A stretch of DNA of 11,606 nucleotides from Hormiphora californensis (Eukaryota > Animalia > Ctenophora), in NCBI GenBank assembly GCA_020137815.1, contig WFME01000032.1:1-11606 (forward strand). The letters run 5' to 3'. The first letter of the stretch is position 1. The number at the start of each line of letters is the position of its first letter. Below are positions 8,928 through 11,606 of this stretch, piece after piece. The position numbers were made by a program, and so were the translations under genes. Under the pieces are notes generated by a model. The model was not told where the DNA came from, made no database searches, and saw nothing but the letters and a program-made list of their open reading frames with translations.

Positions 8928-10562
8928 ATGCCACGTCAACTAACTTCCGACCAATACACCGGGGTATCGTTCGAGTCGATACCCCTCGCAGACACCGCAG
9001 ACACCGCCAATGTGTGCCAATGGGAGGAAACATTTGAAGAAAGAAGAGACAGATTAGTAAAATCAGCACAAAAAACATACCTTGGTCGTTCCAGTCCACT
9101 GCATCCCTACTCGTCCACGGACGAGGAAGAAGAAAACTCTAACGTCAGTGGATCTTCTAGGAGAGGAAAAAGGAAAATCATAACAAGGGCGAAAACCTCA
9201 GATCCTGTTAAACACTCCACCCCATCCTCATCTAATCACCCAAACGTGTTAAGCTTCAGCTTAAGTCCTATAGCTAGTGGATCTACGGACAGAGCAACTA
9301 AAAAAAAGGCTCTAAAAAGATCTAAGGAGCCTCACATCAACAAGACAGTTGACCAGTTACAGCATGTATTAAATTCAGTTGAGGCACTTTCAGTGAATCG
9401 GGCAGTTTCTAAAGACACTGGCAGCGGTTCAAACAGAACTACCAGTCAAAAAAATGAACCACTAAAAGGAGTGAACTTGTTTCCTAAAGAAACATCAGAG
9501 GTCGGCGGTAGCAGTTACGAATCGCTTTCAGAAGAGGATCAGCAAACTACAGCAACACCATCAACATCAAGCGGAAAGGTTCGGAAAAGCCCTAGGGTTG
9601 TAAAACCGACCTTTAAAGCGGCTGCGTTGGCCAGTCTTAGCACCCGTCCTTCCCCAGCTGTGGTGAAAATCCATGTTAAAGGCAGCCGTAGTAAACCTTC
9701 AAAAATTCCTGTCCGAAAAGTTTACAAAACGACCAGTGAAATGTTAGACAATGTAGAGCCCTTGAAATATCCGGCAGAAACAGAGGACGAAGGGGCCGTT
9801 GCATCTGGCCCATCTAGTGGACAGGTTGGCCGGGTTAAGGCATCTGTCGTGGACAACCTTAAGGGCCTTAAGAGGCCACACCCTTCACCAGGTTTAAACT
9901 CCAAAAAAGCTGTTAAATTTTTCAACCCGAACTCACCCCAGTTGTTGCAGTTGAAACAGAAGAGAGGCAACGACTGGAGTGTAGCTGAAACGAGCGAGTT
10001 TTTGGGCCTCCTTTATCACCCTATGATACAGAACGTGATAAATGACACACGTCATGCCGAAGGAAAAACGAAAGTATTGGAGTATCTCTCAAGCAGATTG
10101 AACACCAAGTTCGGAGTCCAGAGATCCATTGCAGCATTACGTGCAAAACATGCCGAACTCCTGAAAACATTCAAGCAAGTATTTCGCCATTCATCAGGAG
10201 CGAGTTCAGATGAATTGAATCGCATCCGAGAAGTATTCCCGTATTTCGATCTCATGAAAAAACATTGTCCCATTGGTGAATCTAGAACCGAACAATCCAG
10301 GATTCCCGGTAACAAAAAGAAAGAGGCTGTTCCACTTCCTAGGGGTCAAGACCGTGCTAAACTAAAGGTTGAGAACATACAAAAACTTGTGTCACAAGGG
10401 GAACAACTGGTGCGGATTAGCAGTCAAATGGCTGAAATTGAAGCAGAAAAGAGGGATGAGATGAAACGATTTGTCGACATAGCGGCGAATCGAGAAAGGC
10501 GGAAACAAGAAGAATGGGAGAGAAAGGAGGCGAGACGAGAAAGGAGGGACCAGGGCTATTAG
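8928..10562 (+). CDS. Harbinger-associated Myb/SANT(trihelix)-like DNA-binding protein, 544 aa
   Basis: Uninterrupted 1635-nt ORF. Residues about 350-443 (WSVAETSEFLGL...LEYLSSRLNTKFGVQRSIAALRAKHAELLKTFKQ...FPYFDLM) follow the trihelix/Myb-like pattern. Charged coiled-coil-like C-terminus and long S/K/T-rich N-terminus with basic NLS-like clusters. Confidence 0.85.
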   Translation: MPRQLTSDQYTGVSFESIPLADTADTANVCQWEETFEERRDRLVKSAQKTYLGRSSPLHPYSSTDEEEENSNVSGSSRRGKRKIITRAKTSDPVKHSTPSSSNHPNVLSFSLSPIASGSTDRATKKKALKRSKEPHINKTVDQLQHVLNSVEALSVNRAVSKDTGSGSNRTTSQKNEPLKGVNLFPKETSEVGGSSYESLSEEDQQTTATPSTSSGKVRKSPRVVKPTFKAAALASLSTRPSPAVVKIHVKGSRSKPSKIPVRKVYKTTSEMLDNVEPLKYPAETEDEGAVASGPSSGQVGRVKASVVDNLKGLKRPHPSPGLNSKKAVKFFNPNSPQLLQLKQKRGNDWSVAETSEFLGLLYHPMIQNVINDTRHAEGKTKVLEYLSSRLNTKFGVQRSIAALRAKHAELLKTFKQVFRHSSGASSDELNRIREVFPYFDLMKKHCPIGESRTEQSRIPGNKKKEAVPLPRGQDRAKLKVENIQKLVSQGEQLVRISSQMAEIEAEKRDEMKRFVDIAANRERRKQEEWERKEARRERRDQGY

Positions 10563-10904
10563 TTTTACACAAGGTGAGAATTAATAAGGAGGGTATGAGA
10601 AAATGTGAATGTAAACGAGTGCATATAATGGAACTACATTTTTTATAACAATGTATATCCTCAGGTCTGAAATTGTTTTTAACTTGTTTTGAAATGCGAC
10701 AGATGAAATACTTTAATCCAACGGTAAGACTCACTGAAATTGTTCCATTCACATTTCACAAAATGCCTTTATCATCATCTTTAGACCCCCTGCTGCCCCC
10801 TTGTCCTGAGTTGTCCACTGGTACCTGTCACATGACCCCCTTTTTGTGAATCACCAAGAACCTCACTCATGATTTGAGGAATTTCAATTCTCTTTTAAAA
10901 TGTA

Positions 10905-11070
10905 CAAGGTGGCCCAGAAAGTTGGATCCACTTAGAGATAACTAATGTGTCAATACAGTTTGCTCTACGATGTACAGAGATGTACAGAGATGTACTAGAA
11001 AAAGTGTCCCCTGAGGATTGAGATCCTAACAATTATCAGCTAAGTGGCTCCAACTTTCTGGGCCACCCTG
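10905..11070. mobile_element. Tc1/mariner-type MITE, 166 bp
   Basis: 31-bp TIRs CA(A/G)GGTGGCCCAGAAAGTTGGA(T/G)CCACTTAG with 2 mismatches. TA at both sides (10903-04, 11071-72). Internal 10-bp tandem GATGTACAGA x2.7 (10969-10995). Confidence 0.9.
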
Positions 11071-11163
11071 TAATTATCTCGTCACTACCCACTAAAATGC
11101 ACACATATATATATTTCTTATACATGAAGGATAGGAATTATAATAACGGGTAATCACTAAAAA

Positions 11164-11454
11164 TGTGAACTATAATAGCTCCGGCCCCGTTCGAGATACA
11201 GCTCTGGTGAACTACTATACATACTTTGGTGTAGCAAAAGAGATGCTACAATTATAATATACCGATGAAAATGAACTTGTTATTCATAGGAGATATTCTT
11301 TTCCTATTCAAAATTGATTGAAAAGTCGTTCAATTACTGTCCCAAAGCTGTATCTCAAACAAGGTCGGCGGTGCAGCTCACAGATAAATTCCAGATGGGT
11401 CCACGTTAGTAAATATTTCCATAGAAATTTGTAATTCAAAATTGATTGAAAAGT
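11164..11454. repeat. Decayed MITE-like internal repeat structure
   Basis: Inverted pair 11189-11207 / 11342-11360 (17/19), extending loosely to 11164 / 11382. Exact 21-bp direct repeat attcaaaattgattgaaaagt at 11306 and 11434. Confidence 0.55.
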
Positions 11455-11578
11455 TCATTACGTCCATTTTCAAACCCCAGCTCCGAATAGTTGGGTCATC
11501 ATTAGTACAAACTATCAAATTTAGATAAAGTTCCATATGATTATAAATGGACTGCTCGCTAAGCTCAACATCAAACTA

Positions 11579-11606
11579 TCCTCTCCATCTCTCTCTTCTC
11601 CTCTCT
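11579..11606. repeat. CT-rich simple repeat, running to the window end
   Basis: tcctctccatctctctcttctcctctct. Confidence 0.5.

Larger units (their letters stand above)
5477..10562. mobile_element. PIF/Harbinger transposon or domesticated derivative: transposase plus Myb/SANT-like gene in divergent orientation. Termini not identified; coordinates give the coding span only.
   Basis: Adjacent DDE_Tnp_4-type transposase and trihelix/Myb-like ORF, the established two-gene structure of the PIF/Harbinger superfamily. Confidence 0.85.

Noticed and set aside
9722-10752. Antisense ORFs over the Myb-like gene (similarly 6329-6517 and 7611-7829 over the transposase)
   Set aside because: Shadow ORFs of real coding sequence with no independent motifs.
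10563-11606. Search for a Harbinger right TIR with TWA TSD (for example C-rich ends near 10781-10840)
   Set aside because: No convincing inverted partner was found on the left side; it may be corrupted or outside the window.

Overview
Eukaryotic, probably invertebrate, repeat-rich genomic DNA (inferred from GT-AG introns and the transposon types; the taxon cannot be fixed from sequence alone). The main content is a two-gene PIF/Harbinger system. A spliced DDE transposase lies on the minus strand: exons 8149-7598, 7253-7154 and 6551-6269 join in frame and keep all three catalytic residues, and a last exon probably lies in degraded sequence near 5680-5480. Head-to-head with it, a 544-aa Myb/SANT(trihelix)-like partner ORF lies on the plus strand (8928-10562). 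The transposase introns hold nested non-autonomous elements: a 234-bp Helitron carrying a perfect RFX X-box palindrome in intron 1 and a TA-flanked MITE in intron 2. The flanks contain further Tc1/mariner-type MITEs, Helitron ends and a palindromic tandem array. About 600-6250 is strongly homopolymer-enriched and looks like low-quality consensus, so its short ORFs are not credible. The Harbinger TIRs and TSD could not be located.
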